Shown here: positions 26,282 through 35,795 of the stretch, in pieces
Layout: every line of letters starts with the position of its first letter
Position numbering within the stretch: the stretch's first letter is position 1
Source of the DNA: a virus
Taxonomy: Duplodnaviria > Caudoviricetes
Virus record (IMG/VR): IMGVR_UViG_3300033076_001181
Span: 1-64,000 of that record
DNA length: 64,000 bases
Strand: one strand, 5' to 3'
The notes under the pieces: model-generated
Told to the model about the DNA's origin: nothing
Seen by the model: only the letters and a program-made list of their open reading frames with translations
Database searches by the model: none
Position numbers and translations under genes: made by a program

Positions 26282-26946
26282 ATATTGTTAAAATTAGGAT
26301 TATAAAATTGAATATTAATTTCATTTCCTCTTCCATTTAAATTTGGGTCGTTTGGAGTTATTGATGTTACTTCAAAATCTTTTTCAGAAAGCCACTGTAT
26401 TACTTCTTTTAATGTGTGTTGACTTTTATATAATGCTACTTCTGAGTTTTGAGCTGTCTCAATAACTCCTTTTTTAACTATATTCAAATATTTACCCAAA
26501 CCTATTAAGACATTTAAATCTTGACCTTGAGCATCGCAATGAAGCCAATCAATATATTTTATATCATTTTCTTCAATAAATTTTTCTAAAGTAATGACTT
26601 CAACTTCAATTTTATGAGTTACTTTAAAATCTTCTCTTCCAGGCCATGTTTGATTTAAGTTTTCATTAAACTCTAATAAAGAACTACACCCCCAATCTGC
26701 CTGTCCTGCTACATTAAAAGTAGATATTCCATTAAAATCACTCACAGCTTTAGATATTATGTGATAATTAGGTAAATTAAATGTTTTATCTTTAAGTATT
26801 TTACTTAATTCAGGTGTTGGTTCAAACGCATATACTTCATCCCCTCCTAAAGCAAATGGGATTGAATTCTCTCCACTATTAGCTCCAATGTCAAAAATTA
26901 TTCTTTTTTTCATATTATTTATTTTGATATTTTTCAATATAATCAC
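26278..26946 (-). CDS. FkbM-family SAM methyltransferase
   Basis: FDIGANSG, YAFEP, WLHCDAQGQDLNVL; likely start MKKRIIF. Confidence 0.88.
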   Translation of the reverse strand: MIILKNIKINNMKKRIIFDIGANSGENSIPFALGGDEVYAFEPTPELSKILKDKTFNLPNYHIISKAVSDFNGISTFNVAGQADWGCSSLLEFNENLNQTWPGREDFKVTHKIEVEVITLEKFIEENDIKYIDWLHCDAQGQDLNVLIGLGKYLNIVKKGVIETAQNSEVALYKSQHTLKEVIQWLSEKDFEVTSITPNDPNLNGRGNEINIQFYNPNFNNI

Positions 26947-27358
26947 TACAAATTCCTAAACAATCAATAATATTATCATTATTAATCTCTGGCATGACTG
27001 CTATACTATTTTTAATAGGTTGTTTACCGGGATATGCCCAAATATATTTTTTAGATGTAAGTGTTACTGTGTCAGTTTCATGCCAAAAATAATTTATATC
27101 ATAATCATGTTTATTAAGAAAACTTAATGCTTCTATATTTTTACAATGAACCCAAAGTTTATGACTTCTATCATCAATCCAATCTATACTAATTTCATAT
27201 TGAGGTTTGTCATGACCTAAAAAAAACTTACCATTAATAAACCAAATATCAATTTCAACATTATATCCTAAACAAATTGTATCATCAATATATGATGGAT
27301 TATTTTCTGATTCAATAATCCGTCCATTAATATTACCTCTATGTGAAATTAAAATCAT
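26915..27358 (-). CDS. GDPD/PLC-like phosphodiesterase domain protein
   Basis: ISHRGN, VEIDIW, LGHD, LWVHCKN, GICSD. Confidence 0.7.
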   Translation of the reverse strand: MILISHRGNINGRIIESENNPSYIDDTICLGYNVEIDIWFINGKFFLGHDKPQYEISIDWIDDRSHKLWVHCKNIEALSFLNKHDYDINYFWHETDTVTLTSKKYIWAYPGKQPIKNSIAVMPEINNDNIIDCLGICSDYIEKYQNK

Positions 27359-28707
27359 TTGTAATTCTCTAAGTAATTTTTTAAATCTTCAGGTGTTCCT
27401 AATCCCCACATTCCTTTAACATTAAATGTTCTAATTTCTTTAGTAGCTTTTATAGCTTGATTAAACACAGGACAAACATAAAACTCATTATTCACTCTAA
27501 TGTTTTTTTTAATCATTTCCTCGGCATATTTAACAAAATCTGATCCATGTTTCCAATAATAATATCCAACTGTGGCTATATCTGAAATTGGATTTTTCTC
27601 TGCTACTTCAGTAACTAATCCTTTTTCATTTATTTTAGCAAATGACCATTTTGGATGAGTAGCAGTAAATGTGACTATACCTCCATCAGCATTAGTTTCA
27701 TTCATCTTATACATAAATTCATTTGAATCCCATTCTACAAACTGGTCTGAGTTAGCGAAAAATAATGGATTATCATTATTAATGTATTCTTTAGCTAATA
27801 ATGCAGTACATGCTGCTCCTTCAGTTAAACCATCTGTTTCTACTATTTTACATCCAGGAGTTAATAAATTTAATAATGTATCTAAATTATATTTTTCTCG
27901 ATGTGCTTTTTGTACAACATATATATAATTAGCGTCTAGATTCAAATTTTCAATTACAACTTGAATCATTGGTTTATTCTTAACTTCAATAAGTGGTTTA
28001 GGAAATGTATACCCAGCTTGTTCAAATCTAGAACCAGCACCAGCCATTGGAATCAAAACATTAAGTTTTTCATCTTTCCATTTAGGTGTCATGTTTACTT
28101 TTTCTTTATTTAAATGTTTATATATATTAATATAATTAATTTCTTTTGGAGAACCAACTCTCATTACATTAGCTTTACTTCTATTTGCTGCTAATAATCC
28201 ATAGGGTGAATCTTCAACAATCAATGTTTCTTCAGGTAAACATCCCATCATACTCATTGCTTTCCAATACATTTCAGGATGTGGTTTACTATTCTTAACA
28301 TCTTCATTTGATAAGATTAAATCAAAACGATCAATGATATTAAATTTAGATAACACTGTTAGTACTGTTTTACGAATACTATTTGAACATACTGCTAATT
28401 TATATCCATTATTAACTAACATATCCATACAAGCCTGTAATTGGGGATTTGGTTGTAAATTAGATAATGCTTCTAAAGTATATTTTTGTTTGTCATCCCA
28501 AATTTGTTTATGATTTTTAATAGGTAAACCTTTTCTTTTAGTTAACATATCTAGTTTTTGATTTGTTTTTAAACCATCATAAACTGATAAATGTTCATCC
28601 CAAGATATAGAATATTTTTCACCTAATGCTTTGTTTAAAGCATCATAATGGATTTGTTTCGCCTCCACTAGTACACCATCTAAATCAAATATAATTAATT
28701 TTATCAT
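27355..28707 (-). CDS. HAD phosphatase fused to NTP-sugar nucleotidyltransferase
   Basis: N-terminal FDLDGVL...KPHP...VEDS; C-terminal NVLIPMAGAGSRF...PKPLI, EFYV.PVFN, LGTPEDL. Confidence 0.88.
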   Translation of the reverse strand: MIKLIIFDLDGVLVEAKQIHYDALNKALGEKYSISWDEHLSVYDGLKTNQKLDMLTKRKGLPIKNHKQIWDDKQKYTLEALSNLQPNPQLQACMDMLVNNGYKLAVCSNSIRKTVLTVLSKFNIIDRFDLILSNEDVKNSKPHPEMYWKAMSMMGCLPEETLIVEDSPYGLLAANRSKANVMRVGSPKEINYINIYKHLNKEKVNMTPKWKDEKLNVLIPMAGAGSRFEQAGYTFPKPLIEVKNKPMIQVVIENLNLDANYIYVVQKAHREKYNLDTLLNLLTPGCKIVETDGLTEGAACTALLAKEYINNDNPLFFANSDQFVEWDSNEFMYKMNETNADGGIVTFTATHPKWSFAKINEKGLVTEVAEKNPISDIATVGYYYWKHGSDFVKYAEEMIKKNIRVNNEFYVCPVFNQAIKATKEIRTFNVKGMWGLGTPEDLKNYLENYK

Positions 28708-29317
28708 AGTAATTATTTTGTTTTTCTTGTCTTTCTATTGTTTTAGGATGATATAAAGCATATCCTTCATCCATAGGTAGGTAAGCGAATTCTTTATGCC
28801 CATCTAATCTTTCATGAACCTTATTTACCCATTTAATATCAGAATTATTTTTATATATTCTAGTTTGATAATCAGGCCAATTAACCCAGTTATTTTCATT
28901 TACATACCATCCCCATTTTTGTATATGTTCTTGAGTTAAACCTTCAACTGTATTAACTCTAGGTACAACATATAATTCAACAGCTGAATTATGTTCTAAT
29001 ATAGCTGGTAGATCTTCTATAAGATTAGGATGAGGGTATTCATCCGCATCAATTTGAAAGATATAATCTCCAGAACACATTGCTGTCAATTCATTTTTCC
29101 AATTGGAGAAATGTCCTTGAAATGTACTTTCCTTTAGAGTGATTATATCCTTAGATGACCAATAATAGAGCTCATTTTTTAACTCCTCTGATGCCTTTGG
29201 ATAGTCTAGTAAAACACAAATTTCATCTTTAGGACGTTTATGTTGATGGAGAAAGTTAAGTAAACGACTTACTTCCTCCAACTCATTACATACTGTGATA
29301 GCATAACTAATTTTCAT
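28685..29317 (-). CDS. glycosyltransferase family 2
   Basis: ISYAITVCNE, YIFQIDADE, WPDYQTR, VHE, LYHPK. Confidence 0.85.
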   Translation of the reverse strand: MKISYAITVCNELEEVSRLLNFLHQHKRPKDEICVLLDYPKASEELKNELYYWSSKDIITLKESTFQGHFSNWKNELTAMCSGDYIFQIDADEYPHPNLIEDLPAILEHNSAVELYVVPRVNTVEGLTQEHIQKWGWYVNENNWVNWPDYQTRIYKNNSDIKWVNKVHERLDGHKEFAYLPMDEGYALYHPKTIERQEKQNNYYDKINYI

Positions 29318-29322
29318 ATAAC

Positions 29323-29354
29323 CTAATATAATAAAATTATCCTATCAAGCCAAT
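29323..29354 (-). promoter_or_regulatory. early promoter (variant)
   Basis: ATTGGC...TATATTAG with 20-nt spacer; heads the 29317-22930 operon. Confidence 0.65.
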
Positions 29355-29792
29355 ATATTCTAGAGCATCTATAAATTCTCTCTCATCAAAATGTTGAATA
29401 GTAGTCATATCCATTCTATACTCATAGAATTTGCCTGGTTGTTTTGGGATTGGGTATTTTTCTTTTTCTTCTTCAGTTACAGGAACTGCTTTAACAGCTG
29501 ACCATTTCCACTCCTTGGCATTAGTACCATTGGCGAATACCATTCCTTGCTTAGGTTCATTAATAGTTTGTGGTAACCATATTAACCCTGTTGATTCATC
29601 TTTCCAAGCTAAATCTCTATACAATTCAGGCAATGAAGACATTTGTTCAGTATAGAACTCACTTCCTTCTTTCATTAAACTATTAGTCCAATATCCACAA
29701 GATAAAGACATCCAGTTAGTTATTTCAGGTGTGACCTGTGTTTCATAACACAAGTCACCTCCTGATTTAGGGCACATTATAATTTTATCCAT
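29337..29792 (-). CDS. hypothetical protein
   Basis: 151 aa; CPKSG...SCGYW, WLPQTIN...GMVF motif. Confidence 0.6.
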   Translation of the reverse strand: MDKIIMCPKSGGDLCYETQVTPEITNWMSLSCGYWTNSLMKEGSEFYTEQMSSLPELYRDLAWKDESTGLIWLPQTINEPKQGMVFANGTNAKEWKWSAVKAVPVTEEEKEKYPIPKQPGKFYEYRMDMTTIQHFDEREFIDALEYIGLIG

Positions 29793-31095
29793 TGTTTTCT
29801 ACTTTTTGTAATTTAGGTAATTCAATTTTCTTTAATTTAGGTAACTGTAATTGTACTTGTTTTGGAAACTCAGGAATATATTTAGTGAATAATTCATCTG
29901 TTTTATCCTTCATTTTATCCCAACTAAATTCATTTTTACTTCTATATGCTTGACGTTTTCCACCATCAACATATTTTTTATAATCAGTAAATATATCCAT
30001 CATGGAATTCGCAGCTTGTTGATGATCAACTGAAAACCATTGTGATTCTTTTAGTAACCATCCATTTGCCGCACTTGGGTGAACATTTGTTAATTGACCA
30101 GGCAACATAGTAGTGAATTCAGATTTTAAGAAATCAGTATGACCACTCCAATTAGTTGTTATAATTGGTTTTTTAGTTAGACTAAATTCAAGTAATGGTC
30201 TACCATATCCTTCACCTTTAGTTAAATTAATCATTGCTTTAACTTTAGAATGATTATATAACTCATTCATTTCAACGTCTGTGAATTCACCATGTAATAG
30301 ATAAACATTAGGTAAATCTTTACTATTAACTGATTTAGCAATTAATTTAATTTTCTTTAAAATATCATCTCTATCAACATATGAAGATCCCATTTGAGAT
30401 GTTTTTAAAATTAATGCTGGTTTGTCTTTCTTATTCTTAAATACTTCAAAGAACATTTTAATTAATAGACCAACATTTTTTCTATCTTCACCCACATCTC
30501 CATTAATCCAATGACCAACAAACAAGAAAGCAAATTTTTCTTTAATATTAGTTAATTCAGAGAATGAATCTACTTTATCTAATACTTTATAAATTTCAGT
30601 ATCAGCACCTTCAAATAACACTTCAATTGGTTTTTCAACTTTAACTTCTCCTATTACTTGATTAGTACGTTGATCTACTTTTTGTAATGCTGTGTCTAAA
30701 AATACTTTTTTAGAATGCTCAGATGAAGTTAATGTTAAATTCATTCTATTTACTCCCTCAATCCAATCTCCAGGTGCTAATGTTGTTTCAATACCTGCTG
30801 TCACACCAATATTATATTTTCCAACTGGTTGGAATTCACTTGGGATAGTAATCTGCATCCAAATATCAGGTTGTGAGTTGAGTTGAGGTTGAGTCCAAAT
30901 ATGTTTATTTAAAAATTCCCATTCTGGGTTTTCATTGATGAATCCCCAAGGTGTATTACCCCACATTTGAGGAATGATTTTAACATCATATTTATCTAAT
31001 TGAATAATTGCTCTAACTAAATCTCGAGAGCGCGCTCCATAACCACTATAAGTGTCAATAGGGCAGGAGATAAAAAATAACGGTTTGTTTTCCAT
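29785..31095 (-). CDS. glycosyltransferase, GT4-like (GT-B fold)
   Basis: SGYGARSRD, FLFVGHW, RKNVGLL, KGEGYGRPLLEF, TTNWSGH. Confidence 0.85.
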   Translation of the reverse strand: MENKPLFFISCPIDTYSGYGARSRDLVRAIIQLDKYDVKIIPQMWGNTPWGFINENPEWEFLNKHIWTQPQLNSQPDIWMQITIPSEFQPVGKYNIGVTAGIETTLAPGDWIEGVNRMNLTLTSSEHSKKVFLDTALQKVDQRTNQVIGEVKVEKPIEVLFEGADTEIYKVLDKVDSFSELTNIKEKFAFLFVGHWINGDVGEDRKNVGLLIKMFFEVFKNKKDKPALILKTSQMGSSYVDRDDILKKIKLIAKSVNSKDLPNVYLLHGEFTDVEMNELYNHSKVKAMINLTKGEGYGRPLLEFSLTKKPIITTNWSGHTDFLKSEFTTMLPGQLTNVHPSAANGWLLKESQWFSVDHQQAANSMMDIFTDYKKYVDGGKRQAYRSKNEFSWDKMKDKTDELFTKYIPEFPKQVQLQLPKLKKIELPKLQKVENNG

Positions 31096-31101
31096 AACTG
31101 T

Positions 31102-32538
31102 TTAGTATACTAATTTGTGAGGTACTACTTTATCTTTAACTTCATTTGTGTTTATAAATTCATATTTTTCTCTTGGCTTCCAAGTCTTAAATAATTTATC
31201 TAAAGTAGTGATTACTTTTTTACCCATATTTGAACCTGTGAAACCTGCTTCATCTGATAAAGCCCACTCACGTCCTTTAAGGCCTAATGTTTTTCTTTCT
31301 TCTTTAGACAACTTATAAACATTCATAATTTGTTCAGCTGCTTCTTCTGCATTACATCTATCATCCCAAATATAAGGTGTTAGTGGTGAACCTTGAATTG
31401 ATCTATTAGTTGGGTATACTGGAAACGCCCATTCACCATGGTCTTTGATTTTACCAGTATGGTTAGAAGGAAACTCAGCATTAAAATCAATCCATTTGCC
31501 TTTTTTGCTAAAACGCATTTGATCTTGCATTCCACCAGTCACATTAGCAATAATTGGATTGCCTACTAAAATAGCTTCAGTTAAACTTAATCCCCAACCT
31601 TCATTATTAGTTAATAAAATTTGAGCATCAGTAGCATTATAAAGCATGTTCATTACATCTGGTGTTCCATACTTATCAGAGTAGATAATATTATATTTAG
31701 TATCACTACCAAATAACATTTCTTGTACTGCTGCTAAATCTGTTCCATTGTCATCTACTACTTGAGTATGTAAAACAAAAGCACATTTTCTTGCTTGTTC
31801 TTCAGTTAATGAATCAATAAAGATTTTGTAAGCAAACATTGTATCTGGAATTTGTTTGCGGCGAATATTTCTTGAATTAAAGAATAAAGCAAAATCAATA
31901 TCTTTACCTTTAAACAAATCTTTTTTAAATGCTTTTAACTGTTCATCATTTTGATTAAGTGGTTTAAAAATATTTTCATTTAGACCATGAGGTACATATT
32001 CAATGATTTTATTTTTAGCTTTATCACCTAATACTAATTCATTGATATTTTTAGTCTGTTTTGAAATAGCTAATAAAGCATCACATGATTCATAATATGG
32101 TCTATTATACATTGGTGCTGGGTAGTCGTCCCAAATATTCAAGTATATAATAGGCATTTTTCTTCTAATCTCATTTTCAATTTGGAATAACCAAATGAAA
32201 TATCTTGGATCAGTAATCAAGAAAATAGCGTCTGGTTTTTCAACGCTTATTAGTTGCCTAATCATACGAGCATCACCATATCCATTGCTTGGGTATAAAA
32301 TAACTGAACTGTCAGTTAACCCAGTGTTAGTGTTGGTATCTACGCTTAGATCTAAACGTTTGCCTGCTTCTGGGTGATTAATTGCTCCACCCACATTTAC
32401 CCAGTTAAAATGTTGAGCAGTGTTAATTACTAATTCTCGAGCGACTGTTGCTACACCTGAGTGTACTCTAATGTCGTCACAAATCAGTAAGATTTTTTTC
32501 CTCTCATTTTGAGGAAGATAACCAAAACTTTGATTCAT
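31102..32538 (-). CDS. glycosyltransferase, GT4-like (GT-B fold)
   Basis: ILLICDD...SGVA, YVPHGL, RNIRRKQ, NEGWGLSLTEA, NVTGGMQDQ. Confidence 0.85.
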   Translation of the reverse strand: MNQSFGYLPQNERKKILLICDDIRVHSGVATVARELVINTAQHFNWVNVGGAINHPEAGKRLDLSVDTNTNTGLTDSSVILYPSNGYGDARMIRQLISVEKPDAIFLITDPRYFIWLFQIENEIRRKMPIIYLNIWDDYPAPMYNRPYYESCDALLAISKQTKNINELVLGDKAKNKIIEYVPHGLNENIFKPLNQNDEQLKAFKKDLFKGKDIDFALFFNSRNIRRKQIPDTMFAYKIFIDSLTEEQARKCAFVLHTQVVDDNGTDLAAVQEMLFGSDTKYNIIYSDKYGTPDVMNMLYNATDAQILLTNNEGWGLSLTEAILVGNPIIANVTGGMQDQMRFSKKGKWIDFNAEFPSNHTGKIKDHGEWAFPVYPTNRSIQGSPLTPYIWDDRCNAEEAAEQIMNVYKLSKEERKTLGLKGREWALSDEAGFTGSNMGKKVITTLDKLFKTWKPREKYEFINTNEVKDKVVPHKLVY

Positions 32539-32547
32539 AAAACTTTT

Positions 32548-32733
32548 TTATCGATTTAAATTATTGTGATTGTGAACTGATTTTCTAAATTCATTATCTG
32601 TAAGATATAAATGAATTGTGCGATCAACAAGCTTCTGTAAAGAAAATTTTTGTTTAACGCATTCCAGTTTAAAGTCTTCAAACAAGTCGCTTTGTACTTT
32701 TACGCTTGTTAATGTCATATCCTTTTTACTCAT
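32548..32733 (-). CDS. ribbon-helix-helix-like small DNA-binding protein
   Basis: LTSVKVQSDLFEDFKLECVKQKFSLQKLVDRTIHLY; ATATTTAT at 32748-32755. Confidence 0.55.
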   Translation of the reverse strand: MSKKDMTLTSVKVQSDLFEDFKLECVKQKFSLQKLVDRTIHLYLTDNEFRKSVHNHNNLNR

Positions 32734-32767
32734 AGCTTTTATTTGTATATAAATATATATGAGTTTA

Positions 32768-33703
32768 CTATTTGTTACAAAGTTCTTTATTATTGTTAAA
32801 AGGACAGTACTGACAATTTTTGTTTGGTGTTATAGGATGTTGAGTATCTTTAAACGAACCATCATAGTTAAAACATTGTTCTATAAAGTTAGCCATTGAA
32901 CTCATTGCCTTATTCATTTTAATTTTTCCACTTGGTGGAGCAAATTCTTGAATTCGACTTTGTGGAAATTCACTTTCCTCCCATATTTTTCTCTTTAGAA
33001 TAACAAACTCAACATCAATATTTTCTTCAGGTACCTTATATTGTTTACTATAATAGTTTTTGTAAAATATTAATTGAAACTGCTTACCTTCATCTTTTTT
33101 AACATCGGCATTCCATCCTCGAGTAGATGTTTTAAAATCGATGATCTTATGTTTATCTGTGTTTTCATTATACAAGACTAAATCAAGATAACCTTTATAC
33201 AATATACTTGGATATTGAGGATTAGGATTAATTACAATTGGTAATTCACATCCTACTAAATGCCACCCACGTTTACTGAAGTATGAGCCTCGATTTTTCT
33301 TAAAATAATTTAATATGTTAAGACCATCTTCATAAAACTCTCTCATTTCAGCAGCGTCACTAAAATGAACATTTTTATTTTTCTTATACTCTTCTAGATA
33401 TACTTCTCTGAATTTATCTTCAAATTGAGATTCAATATCAGTTCTATCAGCTGCTGCTCCACTTTCTTCATACATTACAGTGATATAACTCTGAAGTACT
33501 TCATGAACCGCGGTTCCAAATACAGTATGGATTGTAGGTTGATATTCATTCAATCCTTGTTTATATAACAACTCCCATTTGTGGGGACAGTCATTATATA
33601 TAGAGAACTGACTATAAGATATAGTCTTTTGGGAAGCATAATTAATCTCTTGAGGAGTATGATTCCGAATCGCTCTTACTATGAACGGTGTTCTTTTACT
33701 CAC
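32768..33703 (-). CDS. PD-(D/E)XK nuclease (RecB/AddB/Cas4-like exonuclease)
   Basis: ISYSQF..Y..CP, FGTAVH, KGYLDL, IIDFKTS, QL..Y, C-terminal CQYCPF...C. Confidence 0.88.
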   Translation of the reverse strand: MSKRTPFIVRAIRNHTPQEINYASQKTISYSQFSIYNDCPHKWELLYKQGLNEYQPTIHTVFGTAVHEVLQSYITVMYEESGAAADRTDIESQFEDKFREVYLEEYKKNKNVHFSDAAEMREFYEDGLNILNYFKKNRGSYFSKRGWHLVGCELPIVINPNPQYPSILYKGYLDLVLYNENTDKHKIIDFKTSTRGWNADVKKDEGKQFQLIFYKNYYSKQYKVPEENIDVEFVILKRKIWEESEFPQSRIQEFAPPSGKIKMNKAMSSMANFIEQCFNYDGSFKDTQHPITPNKNCQYCPFNNNKELCNK

Positions 33704-33918
33704 TTGTTTCCTACTTTATGGGGATCAGTTACTTCTTGAATGAACTGTTGTTTTAATTTTTCTAGATACAAGATAGCATCCATATGCTCTTGTTTAGCAT
33801 GTTCAATCCATTCTAGCAAAGACAAATCTTGTCTATCTAAATCAGTACCATACTTTTTCTTACCTGCAACACTTCGATCTTCGAATTGTTTGATTATTGA
33901 TGCAACTATACTATCCAT
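33700..33918 (-). CDS. small MazG-like (nucleotide pyrophosphatase-fold) protein
   Basis: GKKKYGTDLDR.DL...WIEHAKQEHMDAILYLEK helical EEXXD-type motif. Confidence 0.5.
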   Translation of the reverse strand: MDSIVASIIKQFEDRSVAGKKKYGTDLDRQDLSLLEWIEHAKQEHMDAILYLEKLKQQFIQEVTDPHKVGNK

Positions 33919-34333
33919 TTTTTAATAACTTTTTTTGTTCTTTTTCTTCAACACCTAACTGATTTAGAATGTTTTTAACACCATTTTCTCTTAAAATATC
34001 AATATATTCTTCTGCTTCACCTAATGAACATTCATAGTATGAAGCAATATGCTTAAGCAATTTTTCTTGCCTTTTAGCTCTAGAGGATTTAATATATTTT
34101 AGAAACATTTTCTTTTTAGGTATCATATATAAATATATATTATATATTTTTTCCTTATCAGTAACTTGAAATACTTGTACTAAATTTACAAATTCAATAT
34201 AATCAGGATTCATACTGAGGAAGCGATGAATCATATATGGTTCAAATGATTTTTTGTCTTCCTCAGTGAATGAATTCCAGGGTTGTTTTTCGTAAGTAAT
34301 TTGATTAAGCCAATCAAAGATTTTCATACTCAC
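33911..34333 (-). CDS. clamp loader small subunit (T4 gp62-like)
   Basis: IFDWLNQIT, YMIHRFLSM, KKKMFLKYIK; next to clamp loader ATPase. Confidence 0.75.
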   Translation of the reverse strand: MSMKIFDWLNQITYEKQPWNSFTEEDKKSFEPYMIHRFLSMNPDYIEFVNLVQVFQVTDKEKIYNIYLYMIPKKKMFLKYIKSSRAKRQEKLLKHIASYYECSLGEAEEYIDILRENGVKNILNQLGVEEKEQKKLLKNG

Positions 34334-34553
34334 TTCTAAATTCTTTAGGTAACATTTCTACTAATACTTTACCTGTCTTTACATCGTAGAAACAAGGAAT
34401 TGGCATAATAGCGTCTTCAGCTGTACCAGCTAAGAACTTAGATACCTTACGCAAAATAACACCCTCAGCGAAGATATGATTACCTTCTGGTGATGTGATA
34501 GCCACTGTTTGGCTTGGATCAACTTTAACGTTGAGCTGTTGTTGGTTTTCCAT
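34314..34553 (-). CDS. hypothetical protein
   Basis: 79 aa between clamp loader subunits; LRKVSKF...IMPIP.FYD. Confidence 0.6.
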   Translation of the reverse strand: MENQQQLNVKVDPSQTVAITSPEGNHIFAEGVILRKVSKFLAGTAEDAIMPIPCFYDVKTGKVLVEMLPKEFRSEYENL

Positions 34554-34554
34554 A

Positions 34555-35490
34555 TTAATTGTTTATTATTTTTAAAACTGATGCTAATAATGCCATAACA
34601 TTGATTTCTTTGTCTAGGCGAAAATTAGCGTGGTACATATAATTTTCTATTTCAATCACGATCAACGCTTTAGCTAGATCATTCTTGCCATATTCATCTA
34701 GTGTGTCATATAGAAATCTATAAACATCTTCAAAATCATCCAAATTACTATCAGCAAGTATTTGTCTGATGTTTTTGAAACTGGTTTTAGATGGTGATTT
34801 AAGTTCTTTTAGTAATTCATCTTTATAACCACCTGTTAATACTGTTTTATCTACTTTAAGGTATAGATCATTTGCCCCACCATCAATTGTATTTACTTGA
34901 CAAGTGTTTAATATTTTTCTAACATCAGGATAATGTTTATTAACTATTAAAACTAGATCTTCTAGTTCATAATTAATGTTTTCTTTCTCTAAAATGTTAG
35001 CAGTATGTTTAGCTACTTCTTTTTTAGATGGAGGAGTAATCTTTAATACTTGACAACGTGATTGAAGGGGATCGATAATTCGTTCAAGGTAATTACATGT
35101 TAAAATAAATCGTGTTGTACGAGAGAATGTCTCAATAATGTTTCGTAGTGAGGCTTGAGCTTGAATAGTTAAAAAATCTGCTTCGTCTAAAATAATAATC
35201 TTAATTGGTTTGAATGAAGCACTTGAAGCAAAACCTTGAACTTTTTCTCTAATAGTATCAATCCCCCTTTCATCACTTGCGTTTATATAAAGGTAATCAC
35301 AATCAAAATTATTTACAATTAATTTAGCTAATGTAGTTTTACCTGTACCAGGTGTACCATACAATAGTAAATTCTGTAAATCATTATTGTTGATATATTT
35401 TTCAACAATTTGTTTTAATTGCTCATTACCGACATACTCATCTAATGTTTTAGAGCGATATTTTTCTACAAATAAACTATTTTCTTTCAT
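34555..35490 (-). CDS. clamp loader large subunit (T4 gp44/RFC-like)
   Basis: EKYRSKTLDE, GTPGTGKTT, INASDERGID, LDEAD, SRC; start moved to MKENSL. Confidence 0.95.
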   Translation of the reverse strand: MKENSLFVEKYRSKTLDEYVGNEQLKQIVEKYINNNDLQNLLLYGTPGTGKTTLAKLIVNNFDCDYLYINASDERGIDTIREKVQGFASSASFKPIKIIILDEADFLTIQAQASLRNIIETFSRTTRFILTCNYLERIIDPLQSRCQVLKITPPSKKEVAKHTANILEKENINYELEDLVLIVNKHYPDVRKILNTCQVNTIDGGANDLYLKVDKTVLTGGYKDELLKELKSPSKTSFKNIRQILADSNLDDFEDVYRFLYDTLDEYGKNDLAKALIVIEIENYMYHANFRLDKEINVMALLASVLKIINN

Positions 35491-35495
35491 ATAAC

Positions 35496-35527
35496 TTAAT
35501 ATAATAAAAAATGGCCTAAAGGCCAAA
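35496..35527 (-). promoter_or_regulatory. early promoter fused with GGCC hairpin
   Basis: TTTG-N20-TATATTAA; TGGCC-TTTA-GGCCA at 35512-35525 then TTTTTT. Confidence 0.8.
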
Positions 35528-35534
35528 TTTTAAT

Positions 35535-35795
35535 TTAATAATCTCCATACATGTTAAACTTCTTTGGTGGTGGAGGTGGTGCTTTTTCAACCACCTTACT
35601 ATCAATAGCATATAACTCACCTTTTATAGGTGATAATCTGAAGTCACATGGTTGTTGAACTTCTTGAAAATAACCCTCTAATGCATCTGTTAATGAAGGG
35701 TATACATAAGTAGGATCACTAAGCAATGCCCACCTATCTGAAGGTGGGACACGCTTAGCAATCAACACGACTTCTTCCTTAACTTCGGTAGCCAT
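35535..35795 (-). CDS. hypothetical protein
   Basis: 86 aa, coupled to groEL stop; IAKRVPPSDRW motif. Confidence 0.6.
   Translation of the reverse strand: MATEVKEEVVLIAKRVPPSDRWALLSDPTYVYPSLTDALEGYFQEVQQPCDFRLSPIKGELYAIDSKVVEKAPPPPPKKFNMYGDY

Noticed and set aside
32768-33703. PD-(D/E)XK nuclease as evidence of a CRISPR-Cas system (Cas4)
   Set aside because: No cas1/cas2 or array; such nucleases are routine recombination exonucleases in large phages
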